Shown in pieces: positions 8,267 to 17,304 of a DNA stretch of 17,304 bases. Position 1 is the first letter of the stretch; each line of letters starts with the position of its first letter. The notes below the pieces were generated by a model. The model saw nothing but the letters and a program-made list of their open reading frames with translations. It was not told where the DNA came from and ran no database searches. The translations under genes and the position numbers were made by a program. Source of the stretch: Candidatus Methylomirabilota bacterium (GTDB lineage: Bacteria; Methylomirabilota; Methylomirabilia; Rokubacteriales; CSP1-6); the NCBI GenBank assembly GCA_046726415.1, contig JBKPAK010000141.1, positions 1 through 17,304 of the forward strand. Direction: 5' to 3'.

Positions 8267-9388
8267 ATGGCGAAGCGCGCGAGCCCGACCTTGATCGGGG
8301 TGTTCGTGCTGGGCGGCATCGCCCTCGCGGTGTGCGTGGTCCTCGTCGTCGGCGGCCGTGCATGGTTCAAGCGACCCGTGACGTGCGTCATGGCGTTCGA
8401 CGGCAGCGTGGCGGGGCTGACGGTGGGCTCTCCAGTGAGCTTCCGCGGTGTCCAGCTCGGCACGGTCTCCAGCATCCAGCTCCGCAGCAACACCACGCTC
8501 ATCGTCGTCTTCGTTCAGATCGATCCCTCGCGCATCCAGGGCCTGCCCCGGGACGTCACCCGGGCTGGCGTCGAGGGCTCGATCCACGATGCCGTCCAGA
8601 ACGGGCTCCGGGGCCAGCTCCAGCTGCAGAGCTTGATCACGGGACAGCTCTACGTGGGGCTCGACTACTATCCGGACACCCCCGTGAAGCTGACCGGCGT
8701 CGACCCCGACTACTGCGAGATCCCCACCATTCCCACCGCCCTCGCTCAGGTGCAGGACCAGATGAAGAAGATCATGACCGAGCTGGAGCAACTGCCCCTC
8801 AAGCAGATCGTCGAGTCGGCGGCGCGAACGATCGACGGCGTCGACAAGCTCGTCAGCTCGCCCGAGATCCGCCGCGCTCTCACATCCGCCGATGTCACCT
8901 TGAAGCAGGCTCGGACGCTCATCACGAACCTGAACTCCAAGATCGACCCCGCGGTGACGTCCCTGGTGCGGACGCTCGACCAGGCCCAGCAGACGATGGA
9001 CGGGGTCGGGCGAGACGTCCGCCGGCTGGTCCAGGACGTCGATACCCAGGTGGGGCCGCTGGCCACGAACCTCGGCGCCACGTCGGACTCCGCCCGGGTC
9101 CTGATGCAGGATGCGCAGCGCACTCTGCAGCGGCTCGACGAGCAGATCGGTCCCACGATGGTGGCCCTCCGCCACGCCGCCGATACGGCCCAGGGCGCCA
9201 TGCGAAAGGCCGAGACGGCACTCGGTCAGGTCGACGGAGTTCTCGACGGCAACTCCCCGCTCGGCTATCAACTCGCCGAGGCCCTCGAGCAGCTGGCCCG
9301 GACGGCTGGCTCTCTGCGAATCCTCAGCGAGGAGATCGACCGCCAGCCGAACCTGCTGCTGTTCGGCCGGGGAGGGCCGAGGAACTGA
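8267..9388 (+). CDS. mlaD: MlaD/MCE family protein with long C-terminal helical region
   Basis: N-terminal TM anchor; MCE motifs SVAGLTVGSPVSFRGVQLGTV and GLRGQLQLQSLITGQLYVGLD; EIPTIPT; about 200-aa amphipathic helical tail ending QPNLLLFGR. Purine-rich GAGGG before the ATG. Confidence 0.92.
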   Translation: MAKRASPTLIGVFVLGGIALAVCVVLVVGGRAWFKRPVTCVMAFDGSVAGLTVGSPVSFRGVQLGTVSSIQLRSNTTLIVVFVQIDPSRIQGLPRDVTRAGVEGSIHDAVQNGLRGQLQLQSLITGQLYVGLDYYPDTPVKLTGVDPDYCEIPTIPTALAQVQDQMKKIMTELEQLPLKQIVESAARTIDGVDKLVSSPEIRRALTSADVTLKQARTLITNLNSKIDPAVTSLVRTLDQAQQTMDGVGRDVRRLVQDVDTQVGPLATNLGATSDSARVLMQDAQRTLQRLDEQIGPTMVALRHAADTAQGAMRKAETALGQVDGVLDGNSPLGYQLAEALEQLARTAGSLRILSEEIDRQPNLLLFGRGGPRN

Positions 9389-9984
9389 TGGCGCCATCTT
9401 TCGTTGCGCGCACGGTCGCGGTCGCGCTTCTCGTCGTCGTGGGGGCAGGAGCGTGCTTGTCCGCATCGCCGCCACCGAAATCCTACTTGCTCTCGGCGGC
9501 CTCGCCGCTCGTCTCCTCCGGCCCGGCGGCGGGACCCGTGGTCGGCGTGGGACCGGTGGCCATTCCCGCCTACCTCGATCGGTCGCCGATCGTCTTGCGC
9601 ACGGGGAGCGACGAGGTCAGGCTCTCCGGCGATCACCATTGGGCGGAGCCGCTGCGGGATGGCGTGCCGCGGGTGCTCGCCGAGAATCTCTCCACCATGA
9701 TCCCCACCGACGCGGTGGCGATCTTCCCGTGGCGCACGCCCTGGACGGTTCAATACCGGGTCACCGTGGAGATCCTCCGCTTCGATGGACCGCTCGGCGG
9801 CCCCGCCGTCCTCAACGCCCGCTGGCGGCTGCTCGACCCAAGCGGCAAGGAGCTGGTCTTGCGCGCGGTCAACCTCAGCGAGGCGGTCACCGGGCCCAGC
9901 CACGTCGCGCTGGTGGCCGCGCAGAGTCGGCTTCTCGCCGCGGTCAGCCGCGACATCGCCTCGGAGATCAAGACCCGCCGTTGA
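9388..9984 (+). CDS. PqiC-family (ABC_trans_aux) outer-membrane lipoprotein
   Basis: ATG 9388 overlaps the mlaD TGA (TGATG). Signal peptide with lipobox-like AGA-C; VGVGPVAIPAYLDRSPIV, HWAEPL, RFDG, LNARWRL motifs; 198 aa. This is the C-terminal part of track ORF 8332..9984. Confidence 0.88.
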   Translation: MAPSFVARTVAVALLVVVGAGACLSASPPPKSYLLSAASPLVSSGPAAGPVVGVGPVAIPAYLDRSPIVLRTGSDEVRLSGDHHWAEPLRDGVPRVLAENLSTMIPTDAVAIFPWRTPWTVQYRVTVEILRFDGPLGGPAVLNARWRLLDPSGKELVLRAVNLSEAVTGPSHVALVAAQSRLLAAVSRDIASEIKTRR

Positions 9985-10055
9985 CGGACGAAAGGTGGGA
10001 CCGCGGTCGCGCCGCGGGCCAACGAGGGGACCTGGCGGGGCACGCGGCCCCTCCA

Positions 10056-11729
<1,674 letters not shown>

Positions 11730-11736
11730 CGGGTCG

Positions 11737-11745
11737 ATCGTACCA
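11737..11745 (-). promoter_or_regulatory. Extended -10 promoter of glnS (leaderless)
   Basis: Minus strand reads TG-g-TACGAT (11745-11737)-7 nt-ATG(11729). No SD before the ATG. Confidence 0.6.
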
Positions 11746-11771
11746 TGCGGTCTTTGTGGGAGAACCGTCGG

Positions 11772-12246
11772 TCACTCGCGGATCCAGCTGCCGTGAAAGC
11801 CGAAGGGCACCCGCTGGGGAAGACGCACAAGGGCCGCCGGCGGTGCGGTGAAGCGCGACGCCTCCAGGAGGACGAGGTCACTCCTGTCGCGGGCCACGTC
11901 GTAGACGTAGCTGAGCACCCAGCCGTCGTCCTCACCCTTCCCCTCGGGCACCGACACGAACACCAGCTCGCCGGGAACGCGCCCTGGACCGAACTCGTGG
12001 ACCTCGGCGATGCCGCGCTGCAGGTTGTACTTGACGATCGACGTGCCGGTGTGATCGCCGGTCCCTCGCTCCGTGTAGACGGCGTAGCCATACCGGTTGG
12101 GGAGGATTCGGACCGTTCCGCACGTAGCGACCGCGCAGCCCGATGGGGAGCGTCCCCTCGACGGGCAGGTCAAGGGCGGTGACCTCCTCGAGGACGGGCG
12201 CATAGTTGCCTTGCAGATGGAACGGACGCTGCTCGATCGCGCTCAC
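11772..12246 (-). pseudogene. Carotenoid oxygenase (RPE65/CCO/lignostilbene dioxygenase family) remnant with internal deletion and frameshift
   Basis: The first 48 codons (12246-12103; LQGNYAPVLEE...VEGTLPIGLRGRYVRNGPNP) are a CCO N-terminus. The last 110 codons, in another frame (12104-11772; NRYGY...PGELVFV...EDDGWVLSYVYD...LPQRVPFGFHGSW), are a CCO C-terminus. Total 475 bp versus roughly 450-500 aa for the family. Confidence 0.88.
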
Positions 12247-12929
12247 GTCGGGCGCTGCCCGGCTCGCAGCACCACGGCGAGCCAGGCGGCGAGGTCACGG
12301 ATCTCGTCGGCGCACACCGCGTGTGGAATGGGGTACTCGCGCCAGTGCACGCGATAGCCGAGCTGCCGGAGAAGATCGCGCGCCTGGCCGCCTCGGGCGA
12401 GCGGGATGAGAGGGTCCTCCGTGCCGTGGGCCATGAAGATCGGGACGTTGCGGTTGGCCGGGCTCGCCTCAGCGGCCAGGCTCTCAGCGAGCGGCAGGGC
12501 GCACGACAGCGCCATGATGCCGGCGAGGGGCTCGGGGTGGCGCAGCCCCGTATGGAGGGCCATGGCCCCGCCTTGCGAGAAGCCGGCGAGAACGATCCGA
12601 TCGGAAGCCACGCCGCGCGCCCGCTCGCGCGCGATGAGAGCCTCGATCCGCCCTTGCGAGGCGCGCACCCCGGGGCCGTCCTCGCGGCGTACCCCGCCGT
12701 CGTCGCGGATGTCGTACCAGGCCCGCATCACCCAGCCACCGTTGATGGTGACGGGTTGCATGGGCGCGTGGGGGAAGACGAAGCGCACCGCCAGCGCTGG
12801 CGGGAGAGCCAGCTCGGGAACGATCGGCTCGAAGTCGTGCCCATCGGCGCCGAGACCGTGGAGCCAGATGACCGCGGCCTCAGGGGCCAACGCCGTGGCG
12901 ACTTCGACGGCCTCGAGCAATTCGCTCAC
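12243..12929 (-). CDS. Phospholipase/carboxylesterase family alpha/beta hydrolase
   Basis: WLHGLGADG, FPHAP..PVTINGG..MRAWYDI, nucleophile GFSQGG, AHGTEDPLIP (Asp), YPIPHAV (His). Stop overlaps the GTG of the CCO remnant (GTGA). Confidence 0.95.
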   Translation of the reverse strand: MSELLEAVEVATALAPEAAVIWLHGLGADGHDFEPIVPELALPPALAVRFVFPHAPMQPVTINGGWVMRAWYDIRDDGGVRREDGPGVRASQGRIEALIARERARGVASDRIVLAGFSQGGAMALHTGLRHPEPLAGIMALSCALPLAESLAAEASPANRNVPIFMAHGTEDPLIPLARGGQARDLLRQLGYRVHWREYPIPHAVCADEIRDLAAWLAVVLRAGQRPT

Positions 12930-12937
12930 GACGCGAC

Positions 12938-12967
12938 AGCGTAGTGAGAACCGAGGCGGGCCGTCAA
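12938..12967 (-). promoter_or_regulatory. Putative sigma70 promoter of the carboxylesterase (leaderless or near-leaderless)
   Basis: Minus strand reads TTGACG(12967-12962)-18 nt-TACGCT(12943-12938)-8 nt-GTG(12929). Confidence 0.6.
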
Positions 12968-13002
12968 GGCGGGGCCCCGTCGAGGTCCAAGGATCTCCCC
13001 GC

Positions 13003-14610
13003 TCACTCTACCGACGCCGTCGTCGGCTCCTCGCGGGTCGGGCGCTGACGCGCGCGCTCGTTCTGCTCCGTCCGCACGCGCCGCATGAACGGAATGAGGG
13101 GCAGGATCGCCAGGGAGATGATGGAGAGCAGCCAGAATTCGTCCATGTAGGCCAGCACCTGGGCCTGCTGAACGAGGCTGCGATAGAGCATGGCCATGGC
13201 GCGCCGGGTTGCCGTGAACGAATCCGCTCCGTGACTCATGAAGTGTTCCGTCAAGTCCTGCAACCGACCCGTAGTGTCCAGGCTCCAGGCGTGCAGGTGA
13301 CTCGCCAGCTGTGACTGGTGCTGCTGGCTGCGCCGGGCGAGCAGGGTGGTGGCCAGGGCCACCCCGGTACTGCCGCCGATGTTGCGGACCACGTTGTAGG
13401 CCGCGGTGGCGTTGCCCAGGCGCTCGATGCGGATGGTGGCGAGGGCCAAGGTCTGCAGCGGAGGGAAGGTAAAGCCCATGGAAAAGCCCTGGAGGAATCG
13501 CGGGAAGGCCAGGCTCCAGTAGTCCATGGTCAGCGTGAGATTCGTCATCATGGTGAGGGCGATGGCGTTCAGGACACAGCCGAAAACCAGCATCAGCCGT
13601 TGGTCCATACGCGCCACCAGTCGCCCGGAAATCAGGAGCGCGATCATCGTGCCCAATCCTCCGGGGGCGAGGACAAGGCCTGAAGTCCAGGCGTCGTACC
13701 CGAGCATCTTCTGGGTGTACAGGGCCACCAGGAGCATGCCCGAATTCATGCCCAGTCCGACGAGGGCAATGGTCGCCGTGCCCAGCGCGAAGTTGCGGTC
13801 CCAGAACACGGTGAGGTCCAGGATCGGCTCGGCCGCCGTCAACTCGCGGATGATGAATGCGACCAGGGCGACGGTCCCGAAGATGGTGAGGGCGACGATG
13901 AGGCCGGAGTCGAACCAGTCCTCCTTCTCGCCGAGATCGAGCATGAGCTGGAGGAAGCCGAAGCCCAGGATCATGAAGGCGAGGCCGAGGGCATCGACGC
14001 GCCCCGGGCGCTTCACGAAGGAGGCGTCGAAGAGAAAGGTGCTGGCCATCAGGAAACCCGCGACGCCGATGGGCAGATTGATGTAGAAGATCCAGCGCCA
14101 AGACCAGTTGTCGGCGATCCATCCGCCGACCGTCGGGCCCAAGATGGGGGCCATCATGATGCCCACGCCCCACACGGCCATGGCCGTCCCGCGCTGCCGC
14201 AGGGGGAAGATCTCCCACATGATCGCCTGCGCCATCGGAATGACCGGTCCGCCGCCGAGCCCCTGGAGGATCCGCATGGCCACGAGGAACTCGAGGGTCG
14301 GCGCGATGCCGGAGAGGAACGAGCTCGTGGTGAAGAGCACCGTGCAGATCAGGAAGAAGCGCCGCCGCCCGAAGCGGGCGGAGAGCCAGCCGGTGGCTGG
14401 AATGACGACCGCGTTGGCCGCCAGATACGAGGTGATGACCCAGGACATCTCCTCCACCCCGGCCGAGAGGGATCCCTGCATGTGGGGCAGCGCCACGTTC
14501 GTGATGCTGGTGTCGAGGACCTGCATGACGGTGACCATCATCACGGAGAGGGTGATGGCCCACCGTCGAGCAGGGGACAGGGGCGCGTCGGAGACCGTGC
14601 CAGCGGTCAC
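13003..14610 (-). CDS. DHA2 family (EmrB/QacA) MFS efflux transporter
   Basis: MQVLDTSITNVALPHM, WVITSYL, GWLSARFGRRR (motif A), RILQGLGGG, APILGPTVGGWI, WRWIFYINLPIG, YNVVRNIGGS. Start inferred at GTG 14610 (535 aa); the track ORF extends to 14784 inside the helicase gene. Confidence 0.93.
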   Translation of the reverse strand: MTAGTVSDAPLSPARRWAITLSVMMVTVMQVLDTSITNVALPHMQGSLSAGVEEMSWVITSYLAANAVVIPATGWLSARFGRRRFFLICTVLFTTSSFLSGIAPTLEFLVAMRILQGLGGGPVIPMAQAIMWEIFPLRQRGTAMAVWGVGIMMAPILGPTVGGWIADNWSWRWIFYINLPIGVAGFLMASTFLFDASFVKRPGRVDALGLAFMILGFGFLQLMLDLGEKEDWFDSGLIVALTIFGTVALVAFIIRELTAAEPILDLTVFWDRNFALGTATIALVGLGMNSGMLLVALYTQKMLGYDAWTSGLVLAPGGLGTMIALLISGRLVARMDQRLMLVFGCVLNAIALTMMTNLTLTMDYWSLAFPRFLQGFSMGFTFPPLQTLALATIRIERLGNATAAYNVVRNIGGSTGVALATTLLARRSQQHQSQLASHLHAWSLDTTGRLQDLTEHFMSHGADSFTATRRAMAMLYRSLVQQAQVLAYMDEFWLLSIISLAILPLIPFMRRVRTEQNERARQRPTREEPTTASVE

Positions 14611-14616
14611 GCCGGC

Positions 14617-14622
14617 ATGGTA
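14617..14622 (-). promoter_or_regulatory. Putative -10 box of the MFS gene (leaderless)
   Basis: Minus strand reads TACCAT-6 nt-GTG(14610). No SD and no clear -35. Confidence 0.45.
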
Positions 14623-14644
14623 CCGCGGGGCGGCGGCTTCTGTT

Positions 14645-15895
14645 TTACATCGGGCCGACGACGCCCCGCCTGTCCCCACTGTACCGGGACGCCGCGCGCC
14701 CGCGCACCCGTGGCGCCCGCATCGCGGTGATGCGCTCCGCGAAGGGCACCTCGAGCCGTTCGGCCGGCCTCGTCGCGTAGTCAAACCCCGGAAGCATCAC
14801 CCGTTCGAGACGGAGTCGGAGCGCACGTTCGATGGCGCGCAGCGCTGCTTCCTCGTCGGGCGAGACGAGGGTCCAGGCGTCGCCCAGGGCCTCGGCCCGC
14901 GCCGTCCGTCCCACGCGGTGGACGTAGTCTTCGGCACTCCCCGGGACGTCGAAGTTCAGCACGTGACTAAGCGCGCTGATGTCGATGCCGCGCGCGGCGA
15001 TGTCGGTGGCGACGAGGACCCGTAGGCGGCGCGTCTTGAACTGCCACAGAGCCCGCGTGCGCTGAGCCTGGCTGCGGTTGCTGTGGATCCGGTCCGAGGT
15101 GATCCCGTGCCGCAGGAGGAACTCGGCCAGCCGGTTGGCGCGGTGCTTCGTGCGCGTGAATGCGAGCACGCTGCGCACCTCGGGACGCTTGAGCAGCTCC
15201 AGGAGCAGCCTCGATTTCAGCTCGCGCGGTGCGGGATAGGCGGTCTGGGTGATGCCGACGGCGGGAGCGGCGGAGCGTCCCACGTTGACGGCCACCGGAT
15301 TGCGGAGCATCTCGCGGGCGAGGGCTACGATCGGCGGCGGCATGGTGGCGGAGAAGAGCAGCGTCTGCCGGCGCGCCGGGAGCTGTGTCAGGATCCGATG
15401 CACGTCCGGCAAGAAGCCCATGTCGAGCATCCGGTCTGCCTCATCGAGGACGAGGATGTCGAGTCCGGTCAGCCGTGCGTAGGGGAAGCGCACGTGGTCC
15501 AGCAAACGTCCGGGGGTCGCGACGAGAACGTCGACGCCCTGCCGGAACGCCCGCTTCTGGGGCTCCATGCTCACACCCCCGAAGACGGCGGCTCCGGCGA
15601 TGCTGGCGCGCCTCGCGAGCTGGCGCCGATGGGCGTCGATCTGCGCGGCCAGCTCCCGCGTCGGAACCACGATGAGCGCGCGGGTGGTGCCACGGGGGCG
15701 CCCGATGGCCCGGTGGAGGATCGGCAGCAGGAACGCGGCCGTCTTGCCGCTGCCGGTGGGCGCCGAGGCCATGACGTCGCGGCCGGCCAGCGCCGGAGGA
15801 ATGGCTTCCTTCTGGATCGGCGTCGGCACCGCAAACGACAGATCGTCGAGGGCGCGCAGGAGATCCGGGTGGAGGTCGAACGATGTGAACGACAT
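14645..15895 (-). CDS. DEAD-box ATP-dependent RNA helicase (RhlE-like)
   Basis: Q motif PTPIQ, I APTGSGKT, Ia PTRELA, Ib TPGRL, II DEAD, III SAT, V TDIAARGID, VI HRVGRTAR; short basic C-terminal tail. Confidence 0.96.
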   Translation of the reverse strand: MSFTSFDLHPDLLRALDDLSFAVPTPIQKEAIPPALAGRDVMASAPTGSGKTAAFLLPILHRAIGRPRGTTRALIVVPTRELAAQIDAHRRQLARRASIAGAAVFGGVSMEPQKRAFRQGVDVLVATPGRLLDHVRFPYARLTGLDILVLDEADRMLDMGFLPDVHRILTQLPARRQTLLFSATMPPPIVALAREMLRNPVAVNVGRSAAPAVGITQTAYPAPRELKSRLLLELLKRPEVRSVLAFTRTKHRANRLAEFLLRHGITSDRIHSNRSQAQRTRALWQFKTRRLRVLVATDIAARGIDISALSHVLNFDVPGSAEDYVHRVGRTARAEALGDAWTLVSPDEEAALRAIERALRLRLERVMLPGFDYATRPAERLEVPFAERITAMRAPRVRGRAASRYSGDRRGVVGPM

Positions 15896-16057
15896 AGTGA
15901 GGCGTGTCCTTGTCCGAGGCGCATCTGGGCCCGTTCAGTCTTCCGCGGGAGAGTGCAACACGGCCCGCGATGCGGAAGATGCGGCGGGGACACGCGGTCT
16001 GGGAGAAGCGGCAGGCTCGCGATGAACCGACGATCGGACCAGACGCCACCCAGGATA
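15896..16057 (-). promoter_or_regulatory. Putative promoter and structured ~150-nt 5' leader of the DEAD-box helicase
   Basis: -10 TATCCT at 16057-16052. Complementary pairs: 16039-16044/15997-16002, 15988-15995/15902-15909, 15977-15983/15920-15926, 15972-15979/15939-15946, 15964-15969/15944-15949. Confidence 0.55.
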
Positions 16058-16086
16058 CGCGACAACCAGCGCGAGCGCCACTGCCG

Positions 16087-17262
16087 TCAGCGGTTCTTCG
16101 GCGGGTGCGCGCGCACGGCCTCCTCGTCGACTTCCGTGCCCCAGCCCGGCCGCGCGGAGAGGATGAGGTGGCCATCCTTGATCTCGGGCTTGTGGGTGAC
16201 GAGATCGTCGTGCCAGGGCACGACGTCGGGATCGATCTCCATGATCCGGAAATTCGGGACCAGCGCCGAAAAATGCGCATTCATCATGGTGGCGAGGTGA
16301 CCGTAGAAGTTGTGTGGGGCCACGTTGATTTCGTAGGCGTCGGCCATGGCCGCGATCTTCACGGACTCCGCCACGCCGTTCCAGGGGGTGTCGATGATGG
16401 CCACGTCCACCGAATAGTTCTCGAGGTACGGCCGATAGTCCCGCCGGCCGAAGAGGCATTCGCAGGAGGCCACCGGAATGGCCGTGTGGCTGCGGATGTA
16501 GTGCAGGGCCTTGGGATCGCGCGTGTCAATCTCCACCCAGAAGATGTCGAAGGGCTCCATGGCCCGGGCCATCTTGAGAAAGCCCTCCGTCTTGAAGTTG
16601 AAGTTGAGGTCGACCAGGATGTCCACGTCCGGTCCCGCGCCCTCGCGAAAGGCGGCCAGCTCCTCGCGCATCGCCCGGAGGATATGGCGTTCCGCGTTCA
16701 GCTCCGGGAAGCTCTGGCCACGCGCGAAGCCCGGCGAGTGGAGCTGCGGATCGGCGCCCAGGAGGAAGACGTTGGTCTTGAGCGCGGTGAAGCCACGCGC
16801 CACCACGTCGCGACCAGCCTGCCTCACGTCGTCGAGCGTGCGCAACGGCGGGAGCTGCATGTCCTGGTGCCAGGCCAGCCGATAGGTGCCGCAGTGCGAC
16901 CAGTAGAGCCGGATGCGATCGCGCACGGGGCCTCCCAGCAGCGCGTACACGGGGATGCCGAGCGCTCGGGCCTTGATGTCGAGGAGCGCGTTCTCGATGG
17001 CCCCGATGGCCTGCTGGATGACGCCACCGCTCGCCTGCCGGCGCACTGCGTACATGAGGGCCACCAGCGACTCATACGCGCGGGGATCCTTGCCGATGAT
17101 GCTCGGAGCGAGGCGGTCGATGACCGTGGCCACCCCGGGTCCCCCGAACGACTCGTTGTACTCGCTCCAGCCCACGAGTCCGTCGTCGGTGGTGATCTTC
17201 AGGAAATCGAAGTTGCGCCGTCCGGCGTCGGCGTGCAGCGACTCGACCTTGGCGATCTTCAT
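16087..17262 (-). CDS. Mandelate racemase/muconate lactonizing enzyme family protein (DgoD-like acid-sugar dehydratase group)
   Basis: FLKITTDDGLVGWSE, AIENALLDIKARALGIPVYALLGG, metal ligands D (VDLN), E (WVEID), E (SCEC); APHN and MEID; RPGWGTEVDE. SD GGAGG before the ATG. Confidence 0.93.
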   Translation of the reverse strand: MKIAKVESLHADAGRRNFDFLKITTDDGLVGWSEYNESFGGPGVATVIDRLAPSIIGKDPRAYESLVALMYAVRRQASGGVIQQAIGAIENALLDIKARALGIPVYALLGGPVRDRIRLYWSHCGTYRLAWHQDMQLPPLRTLDDVRQAGRDVVARGFTALKTNVFLLGADPQLHSPGFARGQSFPELNAERHILRAMREELAAFREGAGPDVDILVDLNFNFKTEGFLKMARAMEPFDIFWVEIDTRDPKALHYIRSHTAIPVASCECLFGRRDYRPYLENYSVDVAIIDTPWNGVAESVKIAAMADAYEINVAPHNFYGHLATMMNAHFSALVPNFRIMEIDPDVVPWHDDLVTHKPEIKDGHLILSARPGWGTEVDEEAVRAHPPKNR

Positions 17263-17304
17263 CGATCCTCCCTACCTCAGGCGGGGATGACCCGCATCGC
17301 TCGG

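Noticed and set aside
8332..9984. 550-aa ORF suggesting a large PqiC fusion
   Set aside because: The first ~350 aa overlap mlaD out of frame; the real gene starts at ATG 9388 with a lipoprotein signal.
9985..10055. Hairpins (CCGCGG..CCGCGG; GAGGGG..CCCCTC) between the convergent PqiC-like gene and glnS
   Set aside because: Short GC stems with no U-tract; cannot be distinguished from chance, so not called as a terminator.
12095..12110. Programmed ribosomal frameshift joining the CCO halves
   Set aside because: No canonical slippery heptamer, and the joined product would lack most of the propeller and three Fe ligands.
17263..17304. GCGGG/CCCGC hairpin and possible 3' end of an upstream minus-strand gene
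   Set aside because: Truncated by the window edge; nothing assignable.

Overview
GC-rich bacterial chromosomal window, densely coding, with no rRNA, tRNA, CRISPR or recognisable mobile element. Left to right it holds: a rhomboid protease (+); a convergent, translationally coupled operon of PIG-L deacetylase, hydantoinase/oxoprolinase A and B (-); an internally deleted CPA2 cation:proton antiporter (-); an MlaE-MlaF-long MlaD(MCE)-PqiC-type lipoprotein lipid-transport operon (+); glnS (-); an internally deleted and frameshifted carotenoid-oxygenase-family gene (-); a carboxylesterase (-); a DHA2/EmrB-type MFS efflux pump (-); an RhlE-like DEAD-box helicase (-); and a mandelate racemase/enolase-superfamily dehydratase (-). 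The MCE/PqiC system implies a diderm envelope. Main non-obvious signals: two genes that keep both ends but lack their middles; a long, extensively self-complementary putative 5' leader of the helicase whose closing stem covers the ribosome-binding region; four genes with a -10 box 6-8 nt before the start codon and no SD (leaderless pattern); and a 36-bp tandem duplication in the N-terminus of the hydantoinase A subunit. All family calls come from motif recognition by eye; no searches were run. I see no clear-cut novel system; the helicase leader and the hollowed-out genes are the best leads.
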